A stretch of DNA of 64,000 bases from Nitrospirota bacterium. GTDB taxonomy: Bacteria; Nitrospirota; UBA9217. The stretch covers positions 32,001 to 96,000 of the forward strand of contig CAWBNQ010000006.1 in assembly GCA_963790205.1 (NCBI GenBank), read 5' to 3'. Below are positions 31,083 to 40,779 of this stretch, piece after piece. The notes beneath the pieces are model-generated. The model was not told where the DNA came from and ran no database searches. It was given only the letters and a program-made list of their open reading frames with translations. The position numbers and the translations under genes were made by a program. Every line of letters begins with the position of its first letter. The stretch's first letter is position 1.

Positions 31083-31530
31083 CTCACGCGGAGCCGCGGA
31101 GAGCGCGGAGATAAAGAATGAAAGAAATTGATGACATCACAGGCGAGATTGTTGATACTGCTCTGAAAGTGCATCAAGGGCTGGGGCCGGGCTTGCTGGA
31201 GTCGGTGTATGAGAGCGTGCTTGCCAAGGCTCTCGAAAAGCGCGGACTGAAGGTGGAAAGGCAGAAGCCCGTATCCTTTGTATACGATGATATTCCTTTC
31301 GACGAGGGCTTCCGGGTCGATCTGCTGGTCGACGACCGGGTAGTGGTGGAGTTGAAGTCTGTGGAAAAAATTGCTCCGGTTCACAGCAAGCAACTCCTGA
31401 CATACCTTCATCTCATGAACCTCTCGGTCGGTCTTCTCATTAATTATGGAGCTTCCACACTGAAAGAAGGGCTCCATCGTATCGTGAACGACCTCCCGGC
31501 CTCCGCGGCTCCGCGGCTCCGCGTGAACCA
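31083..31530. repeat. Inverted nonamer arrays (CGCGGAGNN)n / (NNCTCCGCG)n flanking a GxxExxY gene
   Basis: ctcacgcggagccgcggagagcgcggag ... ctccgcggctccgcggctccgcgtga. Confidence 0.8.
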
Positions 31531-31564
31531 GGGAAGGATTTCTGATGAAAGGATTGGACAATGA
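31118..31564 (+). CDS. GxxExxY protein (PD-(D/E)XK nuclease-like)
   Basis: GPGLLESVYE, RVDLLV..VVELKS, QLLTYL and GLLINY motifs. Confidence 0.92.
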   Translation: MKEIDDITGEIVDTALKVHQGLGPGLLESVYESVLAKALEKRGLKVERQKPVSFVYDDIPFDEGFRVDLLVDDRVVVELKSVEKIAPVHSKQLLTYLHLMNLSVGLLINYGASTLKEGLHRIVNDLPASAAPRLRVNQGRISDERIGQ

Positions 31565-32226
31565 TGCCGCGGGAACGGATCCTGATACTGTTTCTCGTCA
31601 TACTCTGCGGCCTGCTCGTCGCAACGGCCGTCCATCCCTTTGATCGAAGCACCTGGATCATGGAGGTGGCTCCGGTGCTGATCGTTGTGCCTATTCTTGT
31701 CCTGACCTATCGCCGTCTTTCCCTGACGCCGCTCCTCTACTATCTCATTTTTCTGCACGCGATCGTTCTGATCACGGGCGGAGCGTACACTTACGCGCGC
31801 GTTCCCCTCGGGTTCTGGCTTGAGCGCCTGTTCTCGTTCAGCCGCAACGACTATGACCGGATCGGCCACTTCTTCCAGGGGCTCGTGCCCGCTCTCCTGG
31901 CGCGGGAGGTCCTGCTCCGCCTCGGGTATGTGTCAAACCGCCGCATGGCTTCATTCCTTGCAATCTGCTTTGCCATGGCGGTGAGCGCCTGGTACGAACT
32001 GATCGAATGGGCCGCATCCGTGTCCCTCGGAGCGAAAGCGGACGACTTTCTGGGCACCCAAGGGGATCCCTGGGACACGCAATGGGACATGTTCATGTGC
32101 TTTATCGGCGCTGTCGTTGCCATGGCCGGCCTGACAGGGGTACAGGACCGGCAGATCGAACGCCTGGCGCCTGATTTAGGCTCACGCGGAGCCGCACCCT
32201 GCACTCGCGCAGGGCATAATACTTAG
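31561..32226 (+). CDS. DUF2238/YjdF-family membrane protein
   Basis: GGAYTYARVPLG, RNDYDRIGHF and FLGTQGDPWDTQWDM motifs. Confidence 0.9.
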   Translation: MMPRERILILFLVILCGLLVATAVHPFDRSTWIMEVAPVLIVVPILVLTYRRLSLTPLLYYLIFLHAIVLITGGAYTYARVPLGFWLERLFSFSRNDYDRIGHFFQGLVPALLAREVLLRLGYVSNRRMASFLAICFAMAVSAWYELIEWAASVSLGAKADDFLGTQGDPWDTQWDMFMCFIGAVVAMAGLTGVQDRQIERLAPDLGSRGAAPCTRAGHNT

Positions 32227-32275
32227 ACCCATTGTCGTACCATCTCGCTGAGAATCGCGAGACGGGAATCAAGGG
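32222..32275. repeat. 54-bp hairpin element, copy 1
   Basis: 53/54 identical to 61066-61119. Confidence 0.8.
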
Positions 32276-32541
32276 CCTCGTAAACGCTGGGCGCAGGCGG
32301 AGAAGCGCGGAGGGAGTACCCTGCAGGACTAGAACCGCGGTTGTTGGAAGCTGTCATTTTGAAAAAAAGCTCACGTGGGGACATTTACTGTCAGGCATTT
32401 ATCGTCAGCACTATTACCGCTTGTCCTAATATTAATATTATATTATAGAAGGGAATATCAAGAGCAAAGACCTGGCCTGTTGTTCCTTTGTGCAGTCATT
32501 ACCCCGGCTGTTGAGCCGGTATCTTATTCGGGAGGGGATCG

Positions 32542-33234
32542 ATGAAGAGGATCATCAGCGGAATTGCGGCGGTATTGCTGCTTGTGGTGATGAGCGGGGC
32601 GGCGCGCGCCGAGGAAGAAAAGGTCGGGGGCACTGTTCTCAAGGCGGGGATTGAAACGTGGATGAACAGCTGGAAGCGCGAAGCCCCGGGCACGGAGAGC
32701 ATGAAATCCAACACCATCCTGCTTATCGGCCCGTCGGTCGAAGCGGAGTTTCATGAGCGCTTTTTCGTGGAAGCGTCATACCTGCTCTCGGCCGCTGATT
32801 ACAAGTTTACCGAAGCAGGCGTCACCACCGAGGTTGACCGCGGCGATCTGGACCTGGCGCTGGGGGCGAACCTCAATCCTTATATCGGAGCGGTCATCGG
32901 ATACCGCAACTCGGCGTTCAAGGAAAAAGAAACGGGCGCGAAGGAATCTTCCTATGGGTTGTTTTACAGCGTGCGCGGATCGGCCCCCCTGAACGAGGCC
33001 CTCTCCTTGTACGGAACGCTGACCTATCTGAGCACTCGTTTTAAAGCGGAAGGGGCGGCGAGGGAGGACGCCCCCGGCTGGATTGCCGAGGCCGGGATCA
33101 AGTATGCCTTTACCAGGGAACTTACCGGCGATCTGGGGTACAAATATGAAACGACCAAGGGAAAGGATTCCAGCATCAAAGACACCTTCAGCGGGGTGAC
33201 GCTCGGCATCCTATACGCCTTCGAGGGCCTCTAG
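32542..33234 (+). CDS. Outer-membrane beta-barrel protein
   Basis: Signal peptide; alternating beta strands; C-terminal LGILYAF. Confidence 0.7.
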   Translation: MKRIISGIAAVLLLVVMSGAARAEEEKVGGTVLKAGIETWMNSWKREAPGTESMKSNTILLIGPSVEAEFHERFFVEASYLLSAADYKFTEAGVTTEVDRGDLDLALGANLNPYIGAVIGYRNSAFKEKETGAKESSYGLFYSVRGSAPLNEALSLYGTLTYLSTRFKAEGAAREDAPGWIAEAGIKYAFTRELTGDLGYKYETTKGKDSSIKDTFSGVTLGILYAFEGL

Positions 33235-33459
33235 TGCCGGGTTTTTTCGCCGGCCTTATTGCCGCGCCTCAAAATAACAGAAGGGCACATCAAGGGTCAG
33301 GGGTGAGGGGATGCTTTTGCTGAACAGGAGCGACGTAAAAATCCGGCATGAGAGAGGAGAAAAAATCCGTCTCGCAGACCGCGCTGAATCTTATCGGAGA
33401 GCTGCTCACCATTCGCTATTACTATTGATCCTGCTCAATTCGTGAAAGGGGAAATTATC

Positions 33460-34116
33460 ATGGGCATTAAGAAAAAGTGGTTGTCAATCATTCTCAGCAT
33501 CGGCCTTCTGGCAACAGCGCATGTCGCCGTCGCCGAAACCAACGTCGACGTGCGGGTGAAGCTCGGCAGCGCCGCGGGAGTGGATCAAACTGAATTCGAG
33601 TCGACCGGCGACCTCGACACCTCGCGAGCGAACAGCGGCAATTTCCAGGTCGAGGCCGCTTTCACTCCCCGGCGGGATTCGGCGGTGAGTTTTGTCGGGA
33701 CCATCGGGCTCTTCGGAAGGGACCACAAGGGCCATATCGACGACCTGTTCGCCCCCCCCACCGACGTGGAATACAGCGCGTCGGGACTGAGCGGGTCGGC
33801 CGGCGTCAGCATCAAGGCGAATGAGAAGTTCCATTTTGAGGGCAGGTTCGAGCTGGCGGTCGGCGAGGGAAAGCCCAAGCTGACGTCGCCCGTCGCCATA
33901 TGGAACCCCGTCAAGGAGGGAGCCTATGCCGCAGGATCGCTCATCCTGGGAGGGTATTTTACGATCAGCAATCCCGGACTTCAGCTCGGCCTTGAGCTGG
34001 GGGCCCAGTCCTTTGTCGGGGACTTCCAGATATGGAACGACGTCTTCGGATGGGAGGACGGGAAAGTAAGAGGCACCGGCGGCACGGCCAACCTGGTCCT
34101 GGGATATCATTTCTAG
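33460..34116 (+). CDS. Outer-membrane beta-barrel protein
   Basis: Signal peptide; C-terminal LVLGYHF beta signal. Confidence 0.7.
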   Translation: MGIKKKWLSIILSIGLLATAHVAVAETNVDVRVKLGSAAGVDQTEFESTGDLDTSRANSGNFQVEAAFTPRRDSAVSFVGTIGLFGRDHKGHIDDLFAPPTDVEYSASGLSGSAGVSIKANEKFHFEGRFELAVGEGKPKLTSPVAIWNPVKEGAYAAGSLILGGYFTISNPGLQLGLELGAQSFVGDFQIWNDVFGWEDGKVRGTGGTANLVLGYHF

Positions 34117-34187
34117 GCTCCGCGCGGACCGATCTGCGGGTCGAATGCAAGGGTCCCGCAACGGCCGCAACGATCGAGGATGAACCC

Positions 34188-34604
34188 ATGGCAGACGAGC
34201 GAAAAAAATCTGTTCCTGATCCGGAGCCTTCAAAGACCGGCTACGCAGTGCCCCGGCGGGAGCAGCGGCATCAGGTCCCCGCTGTGTACCAGCGCTATGT
34301 TCGCTTGAAAGTAAAAATAGACGACGTCTTCGTTCCCGTCGTTCTTCATGACGTAAGCGGCAGCGGAGTTCTCTTTGAAAGCCGGGTCCCCTTCGAAATA
34401 AAAGCCCGGGCCGACTGTCTCATTTCGATATCCGAGTCTCTTTCAAGGGAGATCGCCTTCGAGATCCAAGTGCAGCACTGCGAGGAGAAAAATAACACCT
34501 TCCTTGTCGGGGCGGAGATCGGGACGGCCGCCGATGCGACCTGGTTCCGTGTTTTCACGGCAGTGCACGATTTTATCATGCAGCGGCAGGGCGATGTATA
34601 TTGA
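34188..34604 (+). CDS. PilZ-domain protein
   Basis: RREQRH..DVSGSG motifs. Confidence 0.7.
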   Translation: MADERKKSVPDPEPSKTGYAVPRREQRHQVPAVYQRYVRLKVKIDDVFVPVVLHDVSGSGVLFESRVPFEIKARADCLISISESLSREIAFEIQVQHCEEKNNTFLVGAEIGTAADATWFRVFTAVHDFIMQRQGDVY

Positions 34605-34745
34605 AACCGGTCTGGGCCGTATACCGGGAGCGCGCAGAATAACGCCTCCCTTGCCGCAAACTGCGCTATAATAATAGAAGGCAGGTAAAAGGGTATAATA
34701 AGGATTCAGCCCGCCCTTCGGGGCGGGAAGGGAAAGGAGCAGGTC

Positions 34746-35177
34746 ATGTTGAAAAAAAGGCATGTCATAATGATCACGATCGCGGCGCTGACCGCGCTGG
34801 TCCTCACCGGGTGTTACCGCCACACGCCGGAACAGCGGGCGGAGTACGTGGTAAAGCGCATGTCATCGGAGCTCGGCCTGAACGATACGCAAAAGGCCCA
34901 GCTGGAGAAGATCAAGAATGAATTTCTTGCCCGGCGTCCTGAAATGATCAAGTCGCGTGAAGAAACCGTGAAAGAGGCGAATGAGCTCATGAGAAGCACG
35001 GAGATCGACAAGGCACGGCTGAATGCTTTGGTGGAAAAGAACAAGGCCGAAGCGAACGATATGATCAGCTTTGTCAGCGCCAAGTTCACGGAGATCCACG
35101 ATATGCTCACGCCGGGGCAGCGGGAGAAGCTTACCAAGGATATCGAGGAACATATGGAGCATGGCCATCACTGGTAA
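34746..35177 (+). CDS. Spy/CpxP-family periplasmic protein (lipoprotein)
   Basis: LTGC lipobox; LGLNDTQ and LTPGQR LTxxQ motifs. Confidence 0.85.
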   Translation: MLKKRHVIMITIAALTALVLTGCYRHTPEQRAEYVVKRMSSELGLNDTQKAQLEKIKNEFLARRPEMIKSREETVKEANELMRSTEIDKARLNALVEKNKAEANDMISFVSAKFTEIHDMLTPGQREKLTKDIEEHMEHGHHW

Positions 35178-35198
35178 GGGCGGAACGGGAAGCGCGAA

Positions 35199-35226
35199 AG
35201 GAGAGGAGAGATCCTCTCCTTTTTTT
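35199..35226 (+). terminator. Rho-independent terminator
   Basis: AGGAGAGGA-GAGA-TCCTCTCCT followed by a T-tract. Confidence 0.8.
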
Positions 35227-35420
35227 GTACAATGTTGGGTTCTTTGTTCCCTCCGCCGCATGCCCTCCGGAATAAGGCTTGCGGCAGAGGAAAGGCGGCC
35301 TACCCTACCGGGTCGGACTTAAGGATTGCCTTGACGCGCAGCTTCTGTCTTTCCAAAAAGTGACGAAATGTGTTATTATCGGGCTGACGTTTCAAATGCC
35401 GAAAAAACGAGGTCGCTCTC

Positions 35421-36017
35421 ATGTCCATACGCATGCAGGTCTTTTCCGATTACATCTGACCCTTCTGCTACATCGGCGAAGGCATCGTCGAAAAGCTGAA
35501 GCAGGAGTTCGAGCTCGAGGTCGAATGGCGGGGCGTGGAGATCCATCCGGAAACGCCCCTTGAGGGGACCCCCATGACGAAGCGCTTTCGTCCCGAGGAC
35601 ATCAAGCGCATGATGGAGCACCTGCGGGGCATGGGCGCGCCGTTCGGGATCACCTTTGTTGACCGGCCCCTTCTGTCCAACTCCCGCCCGGCCCTTCAGG
35701 CCGCTGAATTCGCCCGAGGGCAGGGCCTGTTCGAGCCGTTTCACGCGGCCCTGTTCGCAGCGTACTTTTCTCACGGCCTGGACATCGGAAATATAGACGT
35801 CCTCGCGCTGATCGCCAAAGACGCGGGCCTCGATGCCGGGGCGATGAAGCAGGCCCTGCAAGAGGGGAAGTACCTCCCCGGGCTCGAAGCGGTGAAGGAG
35901 GAAGCGGCTGTTCGGGGCGTGACCGGCGTGCCCGCGTTCTTTATCGGAGGCAAAAAGTCCGTGGTCGGCGCCCAGCCCCTCGAGGTGTTCCGGAAGGCCC
36001 TCCGTTCCGCGATTTAG
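35421..36017 (+). CDS. DsbA/FrnE-family oxidoreductase with selenocysteine (UPFC)
   Basis: MSIRMQVFSDYI-U-PFCYIG with in-frame TGA 35457-35459; EIHPETP and GVTGVPAF..GAQP motifs; GAGG RBS. Confidence 0.88.
35473..35491 (+). promoter_or_regulatory. Candidate bacterial SECIS hairpin
   Basis: TCGGCGA-AGGCA-TCGTCGA; loop begins 20 nt after the UGA. Confidence 0.55.
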
Positions 36018-36172
36018 GCTCACGCGGAGCCGCGGAGCGCGCGGAGATAAAAAAGAGCAGGAACTGCATGACTTAGTATTTGGGTTTTCCCATTACTTCC
36101 GAAGCGTTACCCGAAAAGGGTCTCTCCCTCATATCATGAAAGACTATTCGGCCTCCGCGCCTCCGCGTGAAA
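36017..36172. repeat. Empty inverted nonamer-array element
   Basis: ggctcacgcggagccgcggagcgcgcggagataaa ... cctccgcgcctccgcgtgaaa with no gene inside. Confidence 0.75.
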
Positions 36173-36224
36173 CGGCATTACGGTGAAAGCCTTTTTGGCG
36201 CTTGGATTGATGAGGTATCGATTG

Positions 36225-37030
36225 ATGAGAAGGTTTATTTCCGTCGTCCTGGTCAGTCTCGTTCTTTCCTCCCCGGTTTTTGCCGAAGAGGAAGCGACCG
36301 AAACGTATACGGACACGGGTGTGCCCGCTCAGGGCCGGCAGGCGGCCCCTTCGGGTTTCCACGGCATTCTCGGCGCCGGGCTCTTCAGCGGGCAGAGGAT
36401 CGTCGGCGATGACGGCAGAAGGACCGCGCTCTTTCCCCTTGTCCTGATGCGCTATAAGGACGTGGCTTACTGGAGCCTCGCGGGCGGGGGCGTATGGCTG
36501 ATCCAGACGGGGGACCATTCGCTCCGCTTCGGGGCGGGCGTATCCACTCCGGGTGGCGCCAGGGAGACGACCCGGGTCTTGCCGGGATGGAGGCGCGCAA
36601 GAGTTCGCTCGACGGATATCTGAACGCCCTCTGGAGGACGTCCCTGGTCGTGATCGGCGCCCGTTATTACCACGATATCCTGAATGCAAACAGAGGCGAT
36701 GCGGCCTCGCTCAGACTGTCGAAAAATTTCAATATGAACGAAGACCTGAGGCTGACGCCGAGCATCGGCGTTGAATGGCAGAACAGCGAGCGTGTGGACT
36801 ACTACTACGGCGTGCGTCCCGGAGAGGCGTTGGCGTTCCGGCCGGCGTATGCCGGCACCGCCGCCGTCAATGCCAGCGCCGGCCTCGCCGGCGCTTACCG
36901 GCTGTCCCGTTCCTGGTCCCTGCTGGGAGGGGTCTTCACGACCCGCTACGGCAGCGGCATCGTCGACAGCCCCATCGTTACGCGGCGCTACTCGACGCTC
37001 GTCTATGGGGGAGCGGGATGGAGGTTTTAA
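36225..37030 (+). CDS. MipA/OmpV-family outer-membrane protein, frameshift near 36540
   Basis: YYYGV..E, IVDSPIV and terminal GAGWRF motifs. Confidence 0.8.
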
Positions 37031-37100
37031 AGGCGGCGAAGAAAACTGCCGCAGCCGGGAGCGTGCGGGCGAGCCCGGTTCACGCGCCCCGCATCAAAGG

Positions 37101-37409
37101 TCATTTGGCGGCCGGCAATTTCGCGAGGAGGACCGACGAGTAAAGGTAATTCCTTTTTTCCTCGTGCCACACCCTATTGTAAAAATCGCACTTCTCGCAG
37201 TGTTCGTACTTTCTGGCAAAGGTTCCCTGGACCGCGCCGTCGCACAGCGTTCCCGCGATGATCCAGCACGCCCGCCCGGCGTTTTTCCCGCCGTGGACGC
37301 CGTCCAATGCGGCCTCTTTTGCCGCAGGGCAGCTGCCGAGAAGGAAGTTCTCTCCCCCCGGCTCGCGGCCGCATTTTTTGAACTCCCAGCAATTGAGCTT
37401 CATACCCAT
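37101..37409 (-). CDS. Two-CW-domain protein
   Basis: NCWEFKKCGRE..CPA..ACWIIAGTLC..CEKCDFY. Confidence 0.85.
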   Translation of the reverse strand: MGMKLNCWEFKKCGREPGGENFLLGSCPAAKEAALDGVHGGKNAGRACWIIAGTLCDGAVQGTFARKYEHCEKCDFYNRVWHEEKRNYLYSSVLLAKLPAAK

Positions 37410-37684
37410 CTCTCCTCTCTCTTCTCTTGATGGTTTTCCCTGGTGATCACTCCGTTCAATTTTTACACGGACGGCAGGGGCAAGTAAATACCCCTGCCGG
37501 GGTATTTACCGGGTATGCATGCCATATATTATATTGTTGCGCAGGCCGTGAACTCCGGACTCACGGTCGGGGAACAGGCGCGGCCATGAAGTATTCCATG
37601 CCGCCCGGCTTCGATTTTTCCAGTTGACTTTTCGGCTCACTCACTTTAATCTGGCAGCATCTTGAACGTTCAAGCACCGCGCCC

Positions 37685-40600
37685 ATGAAAAAATTCATTT
37701 TCCTTCTCATGCTGATTTCTTCCCTGCTCCCGGCTGTTCTTCGGGCCGAGGAGGCCGCGCCCGCCGCGAAGCAGCCGGAGGGAGAATCAAAAGTCGTGGT
37801 GGAGATACCCCGGACGCAGTGGTGCCAGTGCGTGCGCGCGATCCTGGGCGTCGAAGGAGGCAACATCGCGGGGTGCGTTAAAAGCGGGGCCTCGGAGGAG
37901 AAATTAAAGATATTCAGGTCGCGGGGGGCCGGGGACGGGAGCTCGAATTCGGTGTCCTTTCTTCTGTCCTTTGCCGGTTGCGCTGAAAGCGAAAATGAGA
38001 ATGTCGGGTCCCTGTCCTTCAACGTACAATGGCAGGGCCGGCCGGTCAGTTCGGCAACATCAACAGCAGGACCTCCGGAACAGGCATTGGCGCCGATCAC
38101 CTGCGCGGCCGGCGGGATCGGCATTGTCGAGGCGACGTTATACCGTTCGTCCGGGGAAAAGCTCGCGGCGGCTGTTCCCTGGAATTGTTCCAACCCCGTC
38201 GGCACGCTCAATAATATTCCCGTCGGTTCGGGGATCAGGCTCGTGGTAACGGGCAAGAATGCGTCCGGCGCCGTGCTGTACCGGGGAGAACAGGCCGGGA
38301 TAACGGTCACCTATAAGCAGACGACCGCGCTCGGGGCCATTGCGGCGCCGCCGTTTCCTCCGGTCCTCTCGGCGCCGGAGAATGCGGCGCTGCTCGGGAG
38401 CGGGCGCGTCCATTTTGCCTGGACCGGCGCCGCCGGCGCCACGTCATACCGGATACAGGTCTCGGACAACCCGGGTTTTGCCCCCGCGGTCGTGGACACC
38501 TCCGCGGCGGGCGCATCATTTGAAAGGGGCGCCGACCTGGCGTCCGGCGCGTACTTCTGGCGGGTAAAGGCAACGGACGCCTTCAACAACACCAGCGAAT
38601 GGTCCGCTCCGGCGAGCATCACGGTCGATGCCGATCCCCCGATCAATACCACGGCCAAAAATTTTATCAATAAGGGCGCCGTGGCGACGAACGCAGGCAC
38701 GGTGTCGCTTGCGATATCGGCCACCAAAAAATCCGGCGTCGCCGGATACTATATATCGGAGCGGCCGAAGAGACCGGAGGCAGACAAGGAGGGTTGGGTG
38801 GCAATACCCTCCATCGCCTCGTATGCAGCCGCCATTCCTTATACACTGAGCAAGCGCGACGGGAAAAAGACCATCTCCGTCTGGTTCAAGGACGCATTCG
38901 GACACGTGTCCAAGGTAAAAAGCGGCGCAATTGTTTTTGATACCAAGCTGCCCCATGTGACGATCACGGGTCATCCCGCTCATCCGACGAACTCGACGTC
39001 GGCGCATTTCACCTATACTTCCACGAAGGCCAGGTCGAAATTCCAGTGTCAGCTCGATGACGGCGCGTATTCCGCCTGTACCGGCACCACGTCGTACGAG
39101 GGGCTTTCCGACGGGTCGCACACGTTTATGGTCACCGCGTCCGATGCGGCAGGCAACACCAACCTGGCCCCCGCCAGCTTCACCTGGACCATCGACACCA
39201 AGCCGCCCGATACGGCCATCACGAGCCAGCCGCCCGGTTCGACGAGCTCGGCCTCTGCAACGTTCGGTTTTTCCTCCACGAAGACGGGCTCGACCTTTGA
39301 ATGCCGGGTGGACGGCGATGGGTACGCGGTTTGCGCCGGTCCGCAGGAGTATACCGGGCTTGCCGCGGGTCCGCATACTTTCATGGTCAGGGCGACGGAT
39401 GCCCTCGGCAATGTAGACCCGACCCCAGCGCAGTATACCTGGACCGTTGCCGCCTCGTTCGAGGCGACCATCACGGACCATCCCTCCGACCCTTCGAATT
39501 CGGAGAACGCCAGTTTCAGTTTCACGTCCAACAGGGCCGGAGCAACATTCCAGTGCCAGCTCGATAGCGGCGGTTATTCGGCGTGCGCCTCCCCCCGGGC
39601 CTATTCCGGGCTTACGGAGGACCGTCATACGTTTTTCGTCAAGGCGAGTGACGCGGCCGGGAACGAGGACAGCGAGCCCGCGCATTATACCTGGGCGGTC
39701 AGCCTGCCGGCGCCTGCGGCAAAAGCCGATATTGCAAAGACCTTTGAAGGATTGCCGCTTGCCGAGTCTCCGGCCTTCACGATGCTCGGGGTGACCCCCG
39801 GGATCATCCGGCCTGCAAGCCCCCGCGGGCTGGCTCTGTCGCTTCTGGAAGGCCTCGATGTCAGAGGGAATGCTCAACTCGCAATCGCCGTGGATATGGC
39901 CCCCTATTTATTGTTCTCGGGAAAAGGACTTTCGCTGCAACAGTATCAGGACGGCAAAAAGGAACGGGACCTGTCAAGGATACAACTTTCATTCGCCGTC
40001 TCGAAAGCTTCAAGCGACGAGGATAACGCCAGACGCGTTGGAGCGGCAGTTAACTGGACAATCTGGGATGACGGCGATCTCCGGCTCGACAAGGACCTCG
40101 TTGCCTGTCTTGACAGGGCTGCTTCGGGCGTCGCGACTGATGATGATTCGGAACCGGCGTCGGCCGGCGAGGGGGGGCCCAAGCAGGCCGCCTATTCCGA
40201 AGTAAGCGCCGCAAGGTGCCGCAAGGAAAGCCTCAAAAGGAATTGGAACAGATCCGCCATGGATGTCGGTTTTGCGCCTGCCTGGATAGACCGGAGCGGA
40301 AGCGGAAACAGCTTCGGATGGGATGGCCTTGGTCTTTGGACGTCATGGTCCCGCGGGTTCGACAACGCCTGTTTAAAAGAAAATTCGCAGATAATCCTGC
40401 ATGCCCGGTACCGCGGGGATGAAGCGGAGCCGTCCGGGAACAGGTTCGTCCCGTACTCCGACAGCGACACGCTGTCTTTCGGCGCCAAATACCGGTGCGG
40501 GAACCCGCAGCGTATGGTGTTCCTTCAGGGACTTCGCGTGGAGACAAAGCCCGACGGACAGACCGCAGGCGCCTCTTACCTGTTCTCAGTCGGAACGGAA

Positions 40601-40732
40601 TTGGCGATCGGCGACAATTTGTGGCTCGAATTTGAACTGGGAACGATCAATGGGCGCCGGAACGAGGACAATGCGGGCTTTATAACGGGGCAGATAAAAG
40701 GAGCGTTCCCGGAAGGCACTGCGACAAAGTAG
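37685..40732 (+). CDS. Large exported protein with Ig/FN3-like repeats and a beta-rich C-terminal domain
   Basis: Signal peptide; three TIT..P..F.C.LD..Y..C..HTF.V.A.DA.GN repeats. Confidence 0.75.
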   Translation: MKKFIFLLMLISSLLPAVLRAEEAAPAAKQPEGESKVVVEIPRTQWCQCVRAILGVEGGNIAGCVKSGASEEKLKIFRSRGAGDGSSNSVSFLLSFAGCAESENENVGSLSFNVQWQGRPVSSATSTAGPPEQALAPITCAAGGIGIVEATLYRSSGEKLAAAVPWNCSNPVGTLNNIPVGSGIRLVVTGKNASGAVLYRGEQAGITVTYKQTTALGAIAAPPFPPVLSAPENAALLGSGRVHFAWTGAAGATSYRIQVSDNPGFAPAVVDTSAAGASFERGADLASGAYFWRVKATDAFNNTSEWSAPASITVDADPPINTTAKNFINKGAVATNAGTVSLAISATKKSGVAGYYISERPKRPEADKEGWVAIPSIASYAAAIPYTLSKRDGKKTISVWFKDAFGHVSKVKSGAIVFDTKLPHVTITGHPAHPTNSTSAHFTYTSTKARSKFQCQLDDGAYSACTGTTSYEGLSDGSHTFMVTASDAAGNTNLAPASFTWTIDTKPPDTAITSQPPGSTSSASATFGFSSTKTGSTFECRVDGDGYAVCAGPQEYTGLAAGPHTFMVRATDALGNVDPTPAQYTWTVAASFEATITDHPSDPSNSENASFSFTSNRAGATFQCQLDSGGYSACASPRAYSGLTEDRHTFFVKASDAAGNEDSEPAHYTWAVSLPAPAAKADIAKTFEGLPLAESPAFTMLGVTPGIIRPASPRGLALSLLEGLDVRGNAQLAIAVDMAPYLLFSGKGLSLQQYQDGKKERDLSRIQLSFAVSKASSDEDNARRVGAAVNWTIWDDGDLRLDKDLVACLDRAASGVATDDDSEPASAGEGGPKQAAYSEVSAARCRKESLKRNWNRSAMDVGFAPAWIDRSGSGNSFGWDGLGLWTSWSRGFDNACLKENSQIILHARYRGDEAEPSGNRFVPYSDSDTLSFGAKYRCGNPQRMVFLQGLRVETKPDGQTAGASYLFSVGTELAIGDNLWLEFELGTINGRRNEDNAGFITGQIKGAFPEGTATK

Positions 40733-40779
40733 CATCTCTTCCTTGCCGGTTCGCCGTGTTCGTCCGCACCGGAGAGGGG

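Noticed and set aside
35461..35482. CCTTC/GAAGG hairpin as the DsbA SECIS
   Set aside because: Its loop is only about 10 nt from the UGA; the 35473-35491 hairpin fits typical spacing better
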